44,506 nucleotides of DNA. It comes from an uncultured Bacilli bacterium (GTDB lineage: Bacteria > Bacillota_I > Bacilli_A > RF39 > UBA660). Positions 1 to 8,749 of the stretch are shown piece after piece. A program made the translations under genes and the position numbers. Within the stretch, counting starts at the first letter, position 1; every line of letters begins with the position of its first letter. The stretch is taken from positions 1 through 44,506 of the forward strand of contig CALVQO010000002.1 in assembly GCA_944358145.1 (NCBI GenBank), written 5' to 3'. Under the pieces are notes generated by a model. That model searched no databases. It worked only from the letters and a program-made list of their open reading frames with translations, and was not told the DNA's origin.

Positions 1-237
1 CCTACTGGACCTGCTGGGGCTACTGGGGCTACTGGACCTACCGGACCTGCTGGGGCTACTGGGGCTACTGGACCTACCGGACCTGCTGGGGCTACTGGGG
101 CTACTGGGGCTACTGGACCTACCGGACCTGCTGGGGCTACTGGGGCTACTGGACCTACTGGACCTGCTGGAGCTACTGGGGCTACTGGACCTACTGGACC
201 TACTGGACCTACCGGACCTACTGGACCTACTGGACCA
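1..237 (+). repeat. Tandem 9-nt (3-codon) repeat array underlying the collagen-like region
   Basis: Units ggacctact / ggacctgct / ggggctact and synonymous variants (acc for act, gga for ggg) repeat head-to-tail across the whole stretch. Confidence 0.9.
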
Positions 238-240
238 TAA
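1..240 (+). CDS. Collagen-like Gly-X-Thr repeat protein, C-terminal fragment (start lies outside the window)
   Basis: Frame +1 is an unbroken Gly-X-Y array ([18 protein letters not shown]...[11 protein letters not shown]) from the window edge to TAA at 238-240. A hairpin terminator lies just downstream. Confidence 0.75.
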   Translation, partial: PTGPAGATGATGPTGPAGATGATGPTGPAGATGATGATGPTGPAGATGATGPTGPAGATGATGPTGPTGPTGPTGPTGP

Positions 241-246
241 TAAAAG

Positions 247-277
247 AGTCAAGGGTTTTAATCTCTTGACTTTTTTA
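247..277 (+). terminator. Rho-independent terminator after the collagen-like gene
   Basis: AGTCAAG (247-253) pairs with CTTGACT (265-271) and is followed by a T-run. Confidence 0.7.
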
Positions 278-306
278 TTTTATTTTTACCAAAATCAAAC
301 TTGCAT

Positions 307-1214
307 CTATATCATTAATTTATACGTTGTGATAAATATATCATTGTTTGTTGCATATTCTATTACATATTTATTTTTCTTTTTTACTATTAATAATCCT
401 ATTGTTTTATTATGATTTTCCTTTATATTTTTATCTATATAATTTACATATAATTCTAATTGTCCGATATCTTTAGGATGATATTCTCTTGTTTTCAGTT
501 CAACTACTACATAAGAATCTAATTTTATATTAAAGAATAATAAATCTATTTTAAATGTATGATTGCTAATTTTAATTTTATATTCATGTCCTACAAGAGC
601 AAAGCCTGTTCCTAATTCTAAAAACTTATTTTCTAACATTTTGATAATATATTTATGTAATGCTTTTTCATCTAGATGATCTAATTGTTTGTTAATTTTA
701 ATTAAAATTGGATCTTTTATCATATCTTCTATGGTTAAAGAGTACTATCATTTATCAATTTAATGTTTTCTTTATCTGCATATGATAATCGATCATATGC
801 TTTACTTTTAATTAATTCTCTTAGTTCTCTTACAGATAAACTATTTAATATTACTTGATTGATGTAATAATTACGTTCATTTTCATTTTTAATAGAAAGA
901 ATTTCTACTATTTGAGACCAAGAAATGCTCGACAATGTAGAGCCTTTCTTAAATAGCAAATAAAATTTTCTACATCTTCTTAGCAATTCCTTACCATACG
1001 TTCTTCCATATCTTTTAGACAACTTATTGCCCCAAATATTAATTAAGTTATCACCATATTTAGCCCTTTTGTTTCCACCTTGGGCTTCTATTAATAATCG
1101 TCCAATATTCATTTGTAGTTTTTCACTATTATCTTGAAAAGTACGTACTCGCTGATTTATTTCATAACTTTCAATTAAATTTTTTATTTCTAAATAATAT
1201 TTTTCTTTTTCCAT
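307..1214 (-). pseudogene. YhcG/DUF1016-type PD-(D/E)xK nuclease, split into two ORFs
   Basis: ORF 735-1214 looks like the helical N-terminal part. ORF 307-723 carries the nuclease core (LELGTGFALVGHEYKI...IDLLFFN...YVVVELK). They are adjacent on the same strand in different frames. The junction reads ...NDSTL*P*, while another frame gives TIEDMIKDP running into the second ORF. Confidence 0.7.
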
Positions 1215-1331
1215 TTAAACCTCCTGTTCTTTTTCTATAACACATTAAACCCGGAATGTAAATCTATTGAAATGATTATGGTTACAAATTTTTATTTTTA
1301 TAACAATATCTGGCAAAATTTGTGTCAAACA

Positions 1332-3106
1332 AAAAGGGGCTGTCGGGAAATTAAGTAATTAATTTTTCAACAGTTCTTTTATTTCGTAAAATTTAAAAAG
1401 CTCTGAAATCATAAGGAAATCAGAGCATTTTTGTGATACAATAATCTTGTTCAAGGAGTTGTATCACATGTCTTATTTTACTATAAAAAGTAGTTTTTGG
1501 CTAGTCCCCTCATATAGATGTGATGAGGAATTTTGAAAAATTGATAAATTTATGGAATTTTTAGAAAAATCTGGAGTTGGAAAAATCGTTGAAAGTGTAA
1601 AGACAAAAGATAAACAGTGTAAAGGTCGTAAAGGTTATAATCCATATAATCTTTTTGCCATGATTATATATTGTTTTGCAAAATTTAAGGCTAGTCTTAG
1701 AGATATAGAAGATAAATGTATTTTTGATTTAAGAGTTTTGTATATTATGGAAGGAAATATTCCAGATCATTCTGTCATTGGTGATTTTATAAATGAATAT
1801 ATTATTCCCTATCAATATGAAATTTTTACTACTATTACTAAACAAATAATTAAAGATTTTAACTTAACAATCGAAGACATCTTTGTTGACGGCACAAAAT
1901 TAGAAGCCAATGCTGATAAATATAAATTTGTGTGGAAACCTACAAAATATCACACTAGACTAGATATAAAAATAAAGGAATTATTAAAAGAAATGGGTTA
2001 TGTTCCAAACTCGAACAAATTAATTAAAGCTGAAGAATTGAACAAGCTTTTAAAAGATTATGCTTCAATAAATCAAATAGAAATTCCTATTCCTACAAGC
2101 AGAGGCAAAAGGTTATCAAAAGAACAAAAAAATTATAAACTTGCTTATCAATATCTTACCAAATTATTAGAATACGAAGAAAAAGAAAGAATTTGTGGTA
2201 AGAATAGAAACTCTTATTATAAAACGGATAAAGATGCAACAGCTATGGTATTAAAAAAAAGATTATTATTCTAAATTAAGTCATGATTTTCATGCAGGGT
2301 ATAACGTTCAAGTTCTAGTATCTAACTTACTAATATTGATGTATGGTGTATTTCAAGATAGAACTGATTATTATACCTTTATACCTATGAATAACCTTTA
2401 TTTTAAATATTACCAAAGGCATCCTAAAAACATATGTGCTGATTCAGGATATGGAATACATATTAATTATAAATATTTAAGAGAACATCATATTGGCAAT
2501 TATGTTAAATTTCAAACATGGAGTGGCGAAGCAAGTGGAAAATCACCTCAATTATTTTATACCTTTAATGATGGTGTAATGTGTTTAGATACTTGCATTG
2601 GAAAAGAAATACCTTTTAATCAAAACTACCATCAAAGAAATAAAGAAGGAAAATTATTTAAATTTATAGGTTGTAATAATTGTAAATATGCCTATAAATG
2701 TAAGGCTAAACTAAAACACAAAGATTATGATTATCGAACTGTCGAATTAATTCCTGATTATGAATTGTTAAAAGAAGAAGCAAGAAATAACCTACAAAGT
2801 CCTAAAGGAATAGAAATGCGAATTAACAGAAGTATACAAGCAGAAGGAACATTTGGACAAATAAAAAATAACATGAATTATGATAGAATTAGAAGAAGAG
2901 GCTTAGAAAATGTATCTGTAGAAATAATGCTTATGTGTTTAGGAGTAAATTTAAGAAAATATTTTTTGTCATTAGATGATAATAAATTTAAAAATAATTA
3001 TTGGAAAATACCTACTACTTTACACAAAGAAATATTTCCAAGTGTAAAGCCAAAAGAAAAAAGACTGTCAAGAAATTAATCACTTAATTTCCCGACAGCC
3101 CCTTTT
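1332..3106 (+). mobile_element. IS1182-family insertion sequence (~1.78 kb)
   Basis: Perfect 25-bp terminal inverted repeats: AAAAGGGGCTGTCGGGAAATTAAGT at 1332-1356 and its reverse complement at 3082-3106, bracketing the transposase ORFs. An inward-facing hairpin plus T-run lies at 1400-1433 (GCTCTGA/TCAGAGC). I found no target-site duplication. Confidence 0.8.
1552..3079 (+). pseudogene. IS1182-family DDE transposase interrupted by a frameshift in an A8 run
   Basis: ORFs 1552-2274 and 2336-3079 are consecutive in different frames. Removing one A from the A8 run at 2253-2260 fuses them as ...TAMVLKKDYYSKLSHDFHAGYNVQVLVSN.... The C-terminal part carries ...ICADSGYG... and ...AEGTFGQIKNNMNYDRIRRRGLENV..., as in IS1182/IS5-type transposases. 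Confidence 0.75.
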
Positions 3107-3170
3107 CTTAAATTTATTCATTGAACATTAGTATGTTATATGATATACTTATTAAGTAAAGGGAGGAATT

Positions 3171-3938
3171 ATGAAAATATTAAAATATAAAAAAGGAAAA
3201 AGAAATGAATACAAAGTATTAACAGATGAATCTGAATATACATTATATGATGATATTATTATAAAACACGAATTATTACTAAAAAAAGAGATCAATAAAA
3301 AAGAATGGGATACCATTCTAAAAGAAAATAATTTATTAAAAGCATATTATGAATCTTTAAAAGCTATAGCTACCAAACTAAGAACAGCTAAAGAATTAAA
3401 AGAAATATTAAAGAAAAAAGGCTATGCCACTCAAGAAATAGAATATGCTTTAAAAAGATTAGATAATGAAGGATATTTAAATCATAAAACATATATTGAA
3501 GCATATATACATGATGCTATTCATCTAAAAATGGAAGGGGAAAGTAAAATCTTAGAAGATCTAAAAAAACTAGGATTTTCAGAAAAAGAAATAAAAGAAT
3601 ATTTAGATAAAGTAAATCATTCTATATATAAAGAAAAAATAGAAAAATATATTAATAAAAAACTAAAAGGAAATAAAAAGAGTGCTAATGAATTTAAAAG
3701 AAAAATAACTCTTGATTTAATTAACAAAGGATTTAATAAAGAAGATATTTCCAATTATTTAAATCATTTAGAAATAAAAGATAATGAACTAGAATTAGAA
3801 AAAATAATTCATAAACTATATCATAAATATATCAATAAATATGATTTATATACAACAAAAAGGAAAATAAAAGAACATCTATATGTCAAAGGCTATATCA
3901 ATATTGATATAGAAGAGTATTTAAAAAGAACCGATTAA
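3171..3938 (+). CDS. recX: RecX-like regulatory protein
   Basis: 255-aa basic protein with repeated three-helix modules of the type K.L.KKGY...EI..AL.RL...GYL. Its size matches Firmicute RecX. RBS GGGAGGAA lies before the ATG. Assigned from the pattern only. Confidence 0.6.
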   Translation: MKILKYKKGKRNEYKVLTDESEYTLYDDIIIKHELLLKKEINKKEWDTILKENNLLKAYYESLKAIATKLRTAKELKEILKKKGYATQEIEYALKRLDNEGYLNHKTYIEAYIHDAIHLKMEGESKILEDLKKLGFSEKEIKEYLDKVNHSIYKEKIEKYINKKLKGNKKSANEFKRKITLDLINKGFNKEDISNYLNHLEIKDNELELEKIIHKLYHKYINKYDLYTTKRKIKEHLYVKGYINIDIEEYLKRTD

Positions 3939-3946
3939 GGTTCTTT
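3925..3946. terminator. Bidirectional hairpin between the convergent recX-like and prsA-like genes
   Basis: AAAGAACC (3925-3932) pairs with GGTTCTTT (3939-3946). The loop contains the recX stop codon. A-runs and T-runs flank both sides. Confidence 0.6.
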
Positions 3947-4977
3947 TAGTTTGAACTATTACTTGCATTTTCATAAGTATTAATTAAATTATCCATATAA
4001 ATGCTATATTGACTATCCATTTCACTATCAATAATATCAAGTTCATATAGATCTCTATAATAACGAATAGCATCTACCATTAAAGACTGATCTTCATTTA
4101 ACTTATCTTGAGCAATAGCCTCTCTCATTGAATCAACAGAATCATCATAACTTGCTTTTTCACCAGTTTTCGTTTTTAAGATAACATGATATCCAAGTTC
4201 AGTAGTAATTACTTCAGTAGAATATTCTCCATCTTCAAGATCATTAGCAGCTTTAACTAACTCATCATAGCTACTACTTAAAGAACCAATATTAATTTCT
4301 CCAAGATTACCACCTTCATCTTTAGTATCATCATCTTCTGAATATTCTTCAGCTAAACGAGCAAATGCACTTTCAATATCTTCACCATTATCCCGAGCTT
4401 GATTAAGTTCATCAATAATAGTTTGAATAGTTTCTTCTGCTTCCTTTTCTGCTGCTTCTTGTTCTTCATCAGTCATATCATCTGTAACATCTGGAGTAAC
4501 TAAAATATGAGAAATCGTCATATCAGGATAAACATCATTTTCATAATAATCTTGTAATTCTTCATCAGTGATATTATCTTCAACATAAGCAGTAATTGCT
4601 GCATTTTGCATATAACTAATATAAGCATAATTTTGATAAGCTTCTACAGTTTGAAAACCGTTATATTGAAGTAAACTTAATAATTCTTCTTCAGATCCAG
4701 CATTTGCTCTAAGTTGATCTACCATAGCTTCTGCATAAGCTTGTCCATTTTCCATTTCATCAGGGAACTCTTTCTCAAAAATGTACTTATCGATCATATT
4801 AAGTAGAGTATCTAACCCATAATTATTTTTGATTTCTTCATAAAAATCATTAGCACTAATCATATCTCCATCTTTAAATGTTACAACTGCCTCATCACCA
4901 TTAGATAGTGTTGGTATCTTACCACATCCACAAAGAAGTAATGAACATACTCCTAAAATCAATACTTTTTTCTTCAT
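3946..4977 (-). CDS. prsA: PrsA-like foldase lipoprotein (parvulin-type PPIase)
   Basis: Lipoprotein signal MKKKVLILGVCSLLLCGC with a lipobox. Parvulin-like region ...DMTISHILV...ELGYHVILKT. Acidic linker segments. Confidence 0.7.
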   Translation of the reverse strand: MKKKVLILGVCSLLLCGCGKIPTLSNGDEAVVTFKDGDMISANDFYEEIKNNYGLDTLLNMIDKYIFEKEFPDEMENGQAYAEAMVDQLRANAGSEEELLSLLQYNGFQTVEAYQNYAYISYMQNAAITAYVEDNITDEELQDYYENDVYPDMTISHILVTPDVTDDMTDEEQEAAEKEAEETIQTIIDELNQARDNGEDIESAFARLAEEYSEDDDTKDEGGNLGEINIGSLSSSYDELVKAANDLEDGEYSTEVITTELGYHVILKTKTGEKASYDDSVDSMREAIAQDKLNEDQSLMVDAIRYYRDLYELDIIDSEMDSQYSIYMDNLINTYENASNSSN

Positions 4978-5127
4978 TAATATTTCCTCCTAATAAGACA
5001 ATTATAGCAATTTAAAACAAAAAATACAAGAAAAAGGAATGATTTCTCCTTAATTTTCACTTTTTCAACACAATAAATCAATATTTTAGCCAAAAGAAAG
5101 TAAAAAAGAATTGGGTTTTTATCCCGC

Positions 5128-5154
5128 ACCAATTTATTCTTTAACCATACTATA
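5128..5154 (+). promoter_or_regulatory. Candidate mother-cell (sigma-K-like) promoter for the YjcZ-like genes
   Basis: AC (5128-5129), a 16-nt spacer, then CATACTATA (5146-5154). This fits the B. subtilis sigma-K pattern AC-N16/17-CATAnnnTA and lies about 35 nt upstream of the first micro-ORF. It is a pattern match only. Confidence 0.25.
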
Positions 5155-5187
5155 TAAGTGAAAAGACAAATAAAGGAGGAATGATTT

Positions 5188-5280
5188 ATGAATAACTGCG
5201 GATGTGGCGCTGGGTTAAGTGCTGCCATGATTTTAGTATTATTTATCCTATTAGTCATCATAGTAGGAGCATTCATTTAG
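5188..5280 (+). CDS. YjcZ-like tiny sporulation membrane protein (30 aa)
   Basis: MNNCGCGAGLSAAMILVLFILLVIIVGAFI*. RBS AAAGGAGGA lies 8 nt upstream. The Gly/Cys-rich head plus the ...LVLFILLVIIVG... helix resembles the YjcZ/TIGR01732 tiny-TM family. Absent from the ORF track because it is under 60 aa. Confidence 0.6.
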   Translation: MNNCGCGAGLSAAMILVLFILLVIIVGAFI

Positions 5281-5307
5281 TCTTTTGTAAGCTTAAGGAG
5301 GTGTCCC

Positions 5308-5433
5308 ATGGGATGTTGTAAAGATAAGTGTCCTTCAAATAATGGAGGATGCGGACTTCAAAGTAGCGCGTTTTTAATAATTGTTTTATTTATCTTGTTA
5401 GCAATTATCTTTGGCGGATTTTTATATTATTAA
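5308..5433 (+). CDS. YjcZ-like tiny sporulation membrane protein (41 aa), tandem paralogue
   Basis: MGCCKDKCPSNNGGCGLQSSAFLIIVLFILLAIIFGGFLYY*. RBS AAGGAGGTG lies upstream. It shares the IVLFILL helix with the preceding micro-ORF, and a terminator follows directly. Confidence 0.6.
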   Translation: MGCCKDKCPSNNGGCGLQSSAFLIIVLFILLAIIFGGFLYY

Positions 5434-5457
5434 AGAGGCTTCACCTCTTTTTTTCTT
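5432..5457 (+). terminator. Rho-independent terminator after the micro-ORF pair
   Basis: AAAGAGG (5432-5438) pairs with CCTCTTT (5444-5450), then a T-run. Confidence 0.65.
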
Positions 5458-5508
5458 TTGACAAAGAAATAGGGTTATAGTAATATATAAAGAAGGGTGA
5501 GGTATATT

Positions 5509-6846
5509 ATGACTAATCAAGAATTACTAGAAATTATTAATCTAGCCAAGAAAAACCAAATATCTGTAGAATCATTAAAAAGAATACTTAAATTAATGGA
5601 AATTGATGGTGCCATACCAGCACATCAAACTTTTAGGATAAAATTACTGATTACATCAGGAAAAATGAAAGACAAAGTGCTATTATCATTATTAGAACAA
5701 GTTTATCAAAAGGGATGTAGTAATTGGCAAAATGTTCTTCTTTTAGATAATCATCCTATTTTAAAAGAGTATTTAAAAGAAAATGGAAGTAACTTGAATA
5801 AGAAAGTGTGGGGTATGATTTTAGATTTTGTGAATATCATGCCATTAGATGAAAGGCTTGAAAGATTTTATGTTAAAGAATTATCTTTTCGAATAAACAA
5901 TTTGTCTATTGAAGAACTAGATTTCTTTCATAAAGTTTTAAGAAGTAGTATGAATACACCCCTACTTTATAGCACATGGTATTTACCTTTTTTCTTAGAC
6001 AGAAAAAGGACATGTAAGAATCGTAACTTATTATTAGGTATATTAAAAACTAGTCTTTTTGGCTTTGGATTAACTATAGATGAGCAGGAAATAAAAGCTA
6101 AAAAAATTATTCATTGTTTTGACTTATATGGTGAAGAATTCGCTAGCGTGTATGGTAGTGCAATTAAAGTGGTTGATAACCTAGAAATTCCACGTGTTAC
6201 TAGTGAAGAGGAAATAGATATTTATATAGAATTATTCACTTTAATTAGCTATGTTTACATGGTAAAAGAAACAGCAGTGAAAAACTTTTTAACATCTTTT
6301 TACTATAGTTTAGCTACAAATAATGAAATTGATACTCAACAGCGTTTAGAATTTGTAAGGAATCTAAGTGATATTAATCTTATTTTAAAAGATAGTTTAG
6401 TGAAACAATTATGGAATACTTATTTAGACAAAGGTATAGAAGGAATGAAAGTACTAAAATATGCTTTTTTAAATAAGGGAATCAAAACGAATCTTTTATG
6501 TAAAAACTTTTTAGAACAAGAAACATCAGTAGAAGTGTTAAAACTAGCAAGAGAAGTATTTAGAAAAAATCGCGTTCGAAAAGATGAAGAAGCATTATGT
6601 ATTTTAAATGATTTAAAAACACCAGCAGAAAAAATAGAATTTTTACACTTTTTAGATAATAAATATCCAGATATTAACCCCAAAGAAGAAGAAAATAGAG
6701 CAATAAAGGAACAGGAACTATTAAATGCTTATCAAGCTTTTTTAAATAATCAAATTGGATTAGCAAAATTAGAAGAAAGTCTATATTCTTCAGAGGATCT
6801 AACCATTAATTTGATAAGAAAGAAGAAACATAATGGAAGAGTATAA
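5509..6846 (+). CDS. Hypothetical all-helical protein (445 aa)
   Basis: Long ORF. I prefer ATG 5509 (MTNQELL...) because GGTGAGG sits 6 nt upstream, over the GTG at 5497 given in the track. No recognisable motifs. Confidence 0.55.
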   Translation: MTNQELLEIINLAKKNQISVESLKRILKLMEIDGAIPAHQTFRIKLLITSGKMKDKVLLSLLEQVYQKGCSNWQNVLLLDNHPILKEYLKENGSNLNKKVWGMILDFVNIMPLDERLERFYVKELSFRINNLSIEELDFFHKVLRSSMNTPLLYSTWYLPFFLDRKRTCKNRNLLLGILKTSLFGFGLTIDEQEIKAKKIIHCFDLYGEEFASVYGSAIKVVDNLEIPRVTSEEEIDIYIELFTLISYVYMVKETAVKNFLTSFYYSLATNNEIDTQQRLEFVRNLSDINLILKDSLVKQLWNTYLDKGIEGMKVLKYAFLNKGIKTNLLCKNFLEQETSVEVLKLAREVFRKNRVRKDEEALCILNDLKTPAEKIEFLHFLDNKYPDINPKEEENRAIKEQELLNAYQAFLNNQIGLAKLEESLYSSEDLTINLIRKKKHNGRV

Positions 6847-7246
6847 GTTAAAAATATTAAAAGATATTTTAAAGTTTAGCGGTAAAGTTTTAAGTGAAGA
6901 AGAAAGTTCTTTATTATTCGCATCTGCTCTTTATCAGAGTAAAGAATATTTTACTAGTGCAGCTTTACTTGTTAAAAATAATTCAATTAATATTGATGAA
7001 TTTTTAAGTTTAAGCACGTTGAGTAGGGAGGAACTAAAAGAATTTTTAGAACCAACCGAAGAATCATTTGATTATTTTGCAGAAGTAACCCCTGCAGATA
7101 TTTTATCATCTCTAAAAGAAGTTGAAGATTTCATGAAGAGTAACCCTGAAGAATATGAGAAAAGTAAGTTACTTCAAAAAGAAAGAATAGAAAAAATTAA
7201 AGAGTTAAAAAAGCAAGCTAAAGAAGAATGGCAAAGAGGAGCTTAA
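6833..7246 (+). CDS. Hypothetical acidic helical protein (137 aa)
   Basis: The ORF overlaps the preceding gene by 14 nt, which suggests translational coupling. No recognisable motifs. Confidence 0.5.
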   Translation: MEEYKLKILKDILKFSGKVLSEEESSLLFASALYQSKEYFTSAALLVKNNSINIDEFLSLSTLSREELKEFLEPTEESFDYFAEVTPADILSSLKEVEDFMKSNPEEYEKSKLLQKERIEKIKELKKQAKEEWQRGA

Positions 7247-7316
7247 AGGCTTCTTTTTAAATTCGTAAAATTTTTGTAAAGAAAGAAAAAAAGCTAAACA
7301 AGCGAACACTTTCATC

Positions 7317-7345
7317 TTTACAAAAGAAACAAGTTTTGGTAAGAT
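7317..7345 (+). promoter_or_regulatory. Sigma-A-type promoter of the dcw/mra operon
   Basis: TTTACA (7317-7322), 17-nt spacer, TAAGAT (7340-7345). Confidence 0.5.
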
Positions 7346-7381
7346 TATGGTAAGCAGTGGTACATTGTGGTAGAAAGTGGG
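7337..7381 (+). promoter_or_regulatory. MraZ operator: direct TGGK repeats at about 10-bp phasing
   Basis: GTGGT at 7357-7361, GTGGT at 7367-7371 and GTGGG at 7377-7381 have exact 10-nt periodicity. Degenerate TGGT copies lie at 7348-7351 and 7337-7340. The last box reads AAAGTGG. Confidence 0.65.
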
Positions 7382-7390
7382 GGACCAAAA

Positions 7391-7819
7391 ATGTTCATGG
7401 GCGAGTATCATCATAATATTGATGACAAAAATAGACTAGTAATTCCCTCAAATTATCGTAGTAATTTGGGAGAGACGTTTATTGTTACACGTGGTCTAGA
7501 AAAATGCTTATACATCTACACACAAACAGAATGGCAAAACCTCGTCGATAAGTTAGCAAATTTACCATTTACCAAAAAAGATGCCCGTGTATTTGTAAGA
7601 TCTTTCTTTTCTGCCGCTGCTAGTTGCAATCTTGATCGCCAAGGTCGCATAAATATTACTTCCCAACAGGCCGTTTACGCCGGTTTAGAAAAAGAGTGTG
7701 TCATAATCGGCGCAAATGACCGCATTGAAATTTGGTCTAAAGATAATTGGGACAAATTTAATTTAGAGTATTCAGAAACATTAGAAAGTGTTGCTGAAAA
7801 CCTATTTAATGGAGAGTAA
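7391..7819 (+). CDS. mraZ: Transcriptional regulator MraZ
   Basis: MFMGEYHHNIDDKNRLVIPSNYR... with a second ...LDRQGRINI... half, giving the duplicated SpoVT/AbrB-like DxxxR motifs. It is the first gene of the mraZ-rsmH-ftsL-pbp order. ATG 7391 is preferred over the upstream GTG in the track. Confidence 0.9.
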   Translation: MFMGEYHHNIDDKNRLVIPSNYRSNLGETFIVTRGLEKCLYIYTQTEWQNLVDKLANLPFTKKDARVFVRSFFSAAASCNLDRQGRINITSQQAVYAGLEKECVIIGANDRIEIWSKDNWDKFNLEYSETLESVAENLFNGE

Positions 7820-7822
7820 AAA

Positions 7823-8746
7823 ATGAAACATTACAGCGTGATGATGCGTGAGGTAATAGAAGGCCTCAACTTAAAAGATGACGGAGTATATGTAGATGCC
7901 ACACTAGGATATGCTGGTCATAGTAGTGAAATTTTAAAAAGAATAAAAAAGGGTAAACTTTTCGCCTTTGATGCGGATAGTGAGGCGATAAGCTATTCGC
8001 ATCAAACCTTAAGTGAGATTTCTTCTAATTTTAAAATCATTCATTCTAATTTTATTCATTTAAAAGAAAAATTAGATGAAGAAGGGGTTAACCTTGTAGA
8101 TGGATTTCTTTTTGATTTAGGAGTATCTAGTCCCGAAATTGATAATGCCAAAAGAGGATTTAGCTTTATGCAAGATGGCGTTTTAGATATGCGTATGGAC
8201 TCATCTGCTCCGCTTACAGCTAAAATAGTAGTGAATACTTATGAGGAAAGTGCTCTATTAAAATTATTTTATGAATATGCAGAAGAGCCAAGAAGTAAAG
8301 ATATTGTAAGAGAAATCATAAATTATCGCGAAAAAAAGGAAATTACCAGTACTTTAGAATTAGTAGATATCATCAAAAAAGGAGTAGGAGCAAATTACTT
8401 TTATCGTCATCATCCTGAAAGAGTAATCTTTCAAGCTCTAAGAATTGAAGTAAATCAGGAATTAAAAGCCATAGAAACAGCTTTGCCAGATGCGATTAAA
8501 AGGTTAAAAAAAAGTGGAAGAATATGTGTAATTACTTTTCATTCTCTAGAAGATAGAATAGTAAAAAAAATATTTAAAGAATATAGTGAGGTTAATGATT
8601 TTGTTAAAGGACTTCCTGAAATTCCTTTAGAATATCTTCCTCTAATTAAATTAATTAATAAAAAACCAATAATTCCCAGTGAAGAGGAATTAAAAGAAAA
8701 TAGTAGAAGTAAAAGCGCAAAACTAAGAATAGTAGAAAGGATTTAG
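7823..8746 (+). CDS. rsmH: 16S rRNA (cytosine1402-N4)-methyltransferase RsmH
   Basis: The DATLGYAGHS SAM-binding motif, ...GFSF..DG.LDMRMD..., and its position after mraZ. Confidence 0.9.
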   Translation: MKHYSVMMREVIEGLNLKDDGVYVDATLGYAGHSSEILKRIKKGKLFAFDADSEAISYSHQTLSEISSNFKIIHSNFIHLKEKLDEEGVNLVDGFLFDLGVSSPEIDNAKRGFSFMQDGVLDMRMDSSAPLTAKIVVNTYEESALLKLFYEYAEEPRSKDIVREIINYREKKEITSTLELVDIIKKGVGANYFYRHHPERVIFQALRIEVNQELKAIETALPDAIKRLKKSGRICVITFHSLEDRIVKKIFKEYSEVNDFVKGLPEIPLEYLPLIKLINKKPIIPSEEELKENSRSKSAKLRIVERI

Positions 8747-8749
8747 TTT

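Noticed and set aside
1-240. Could the regular repeat array at the window start be a CRISPR array?
   Set aside because: The period is 9 nt with no spacers. The array is an open reading frame of perfect Gly-X-Y triplets ending in a stop codon and a terminator.
1322-3116. Target-site duplication flanking the IS element
   Set aside because: I compared about 10 nt on each side (GTGTCAAACA versus CTTAAATTTA) and found no direct repeat. None is claimed.
4977-5276. 99-aa minus-strand ORF from the track, directly upstream of prsA
   Set aside because: It has no RBS and an odd composition. It lies antisense to two well-formed plus-strand micro-ORFs that have consensus RBSs and a terminator. It is most likely a shadow ORF.
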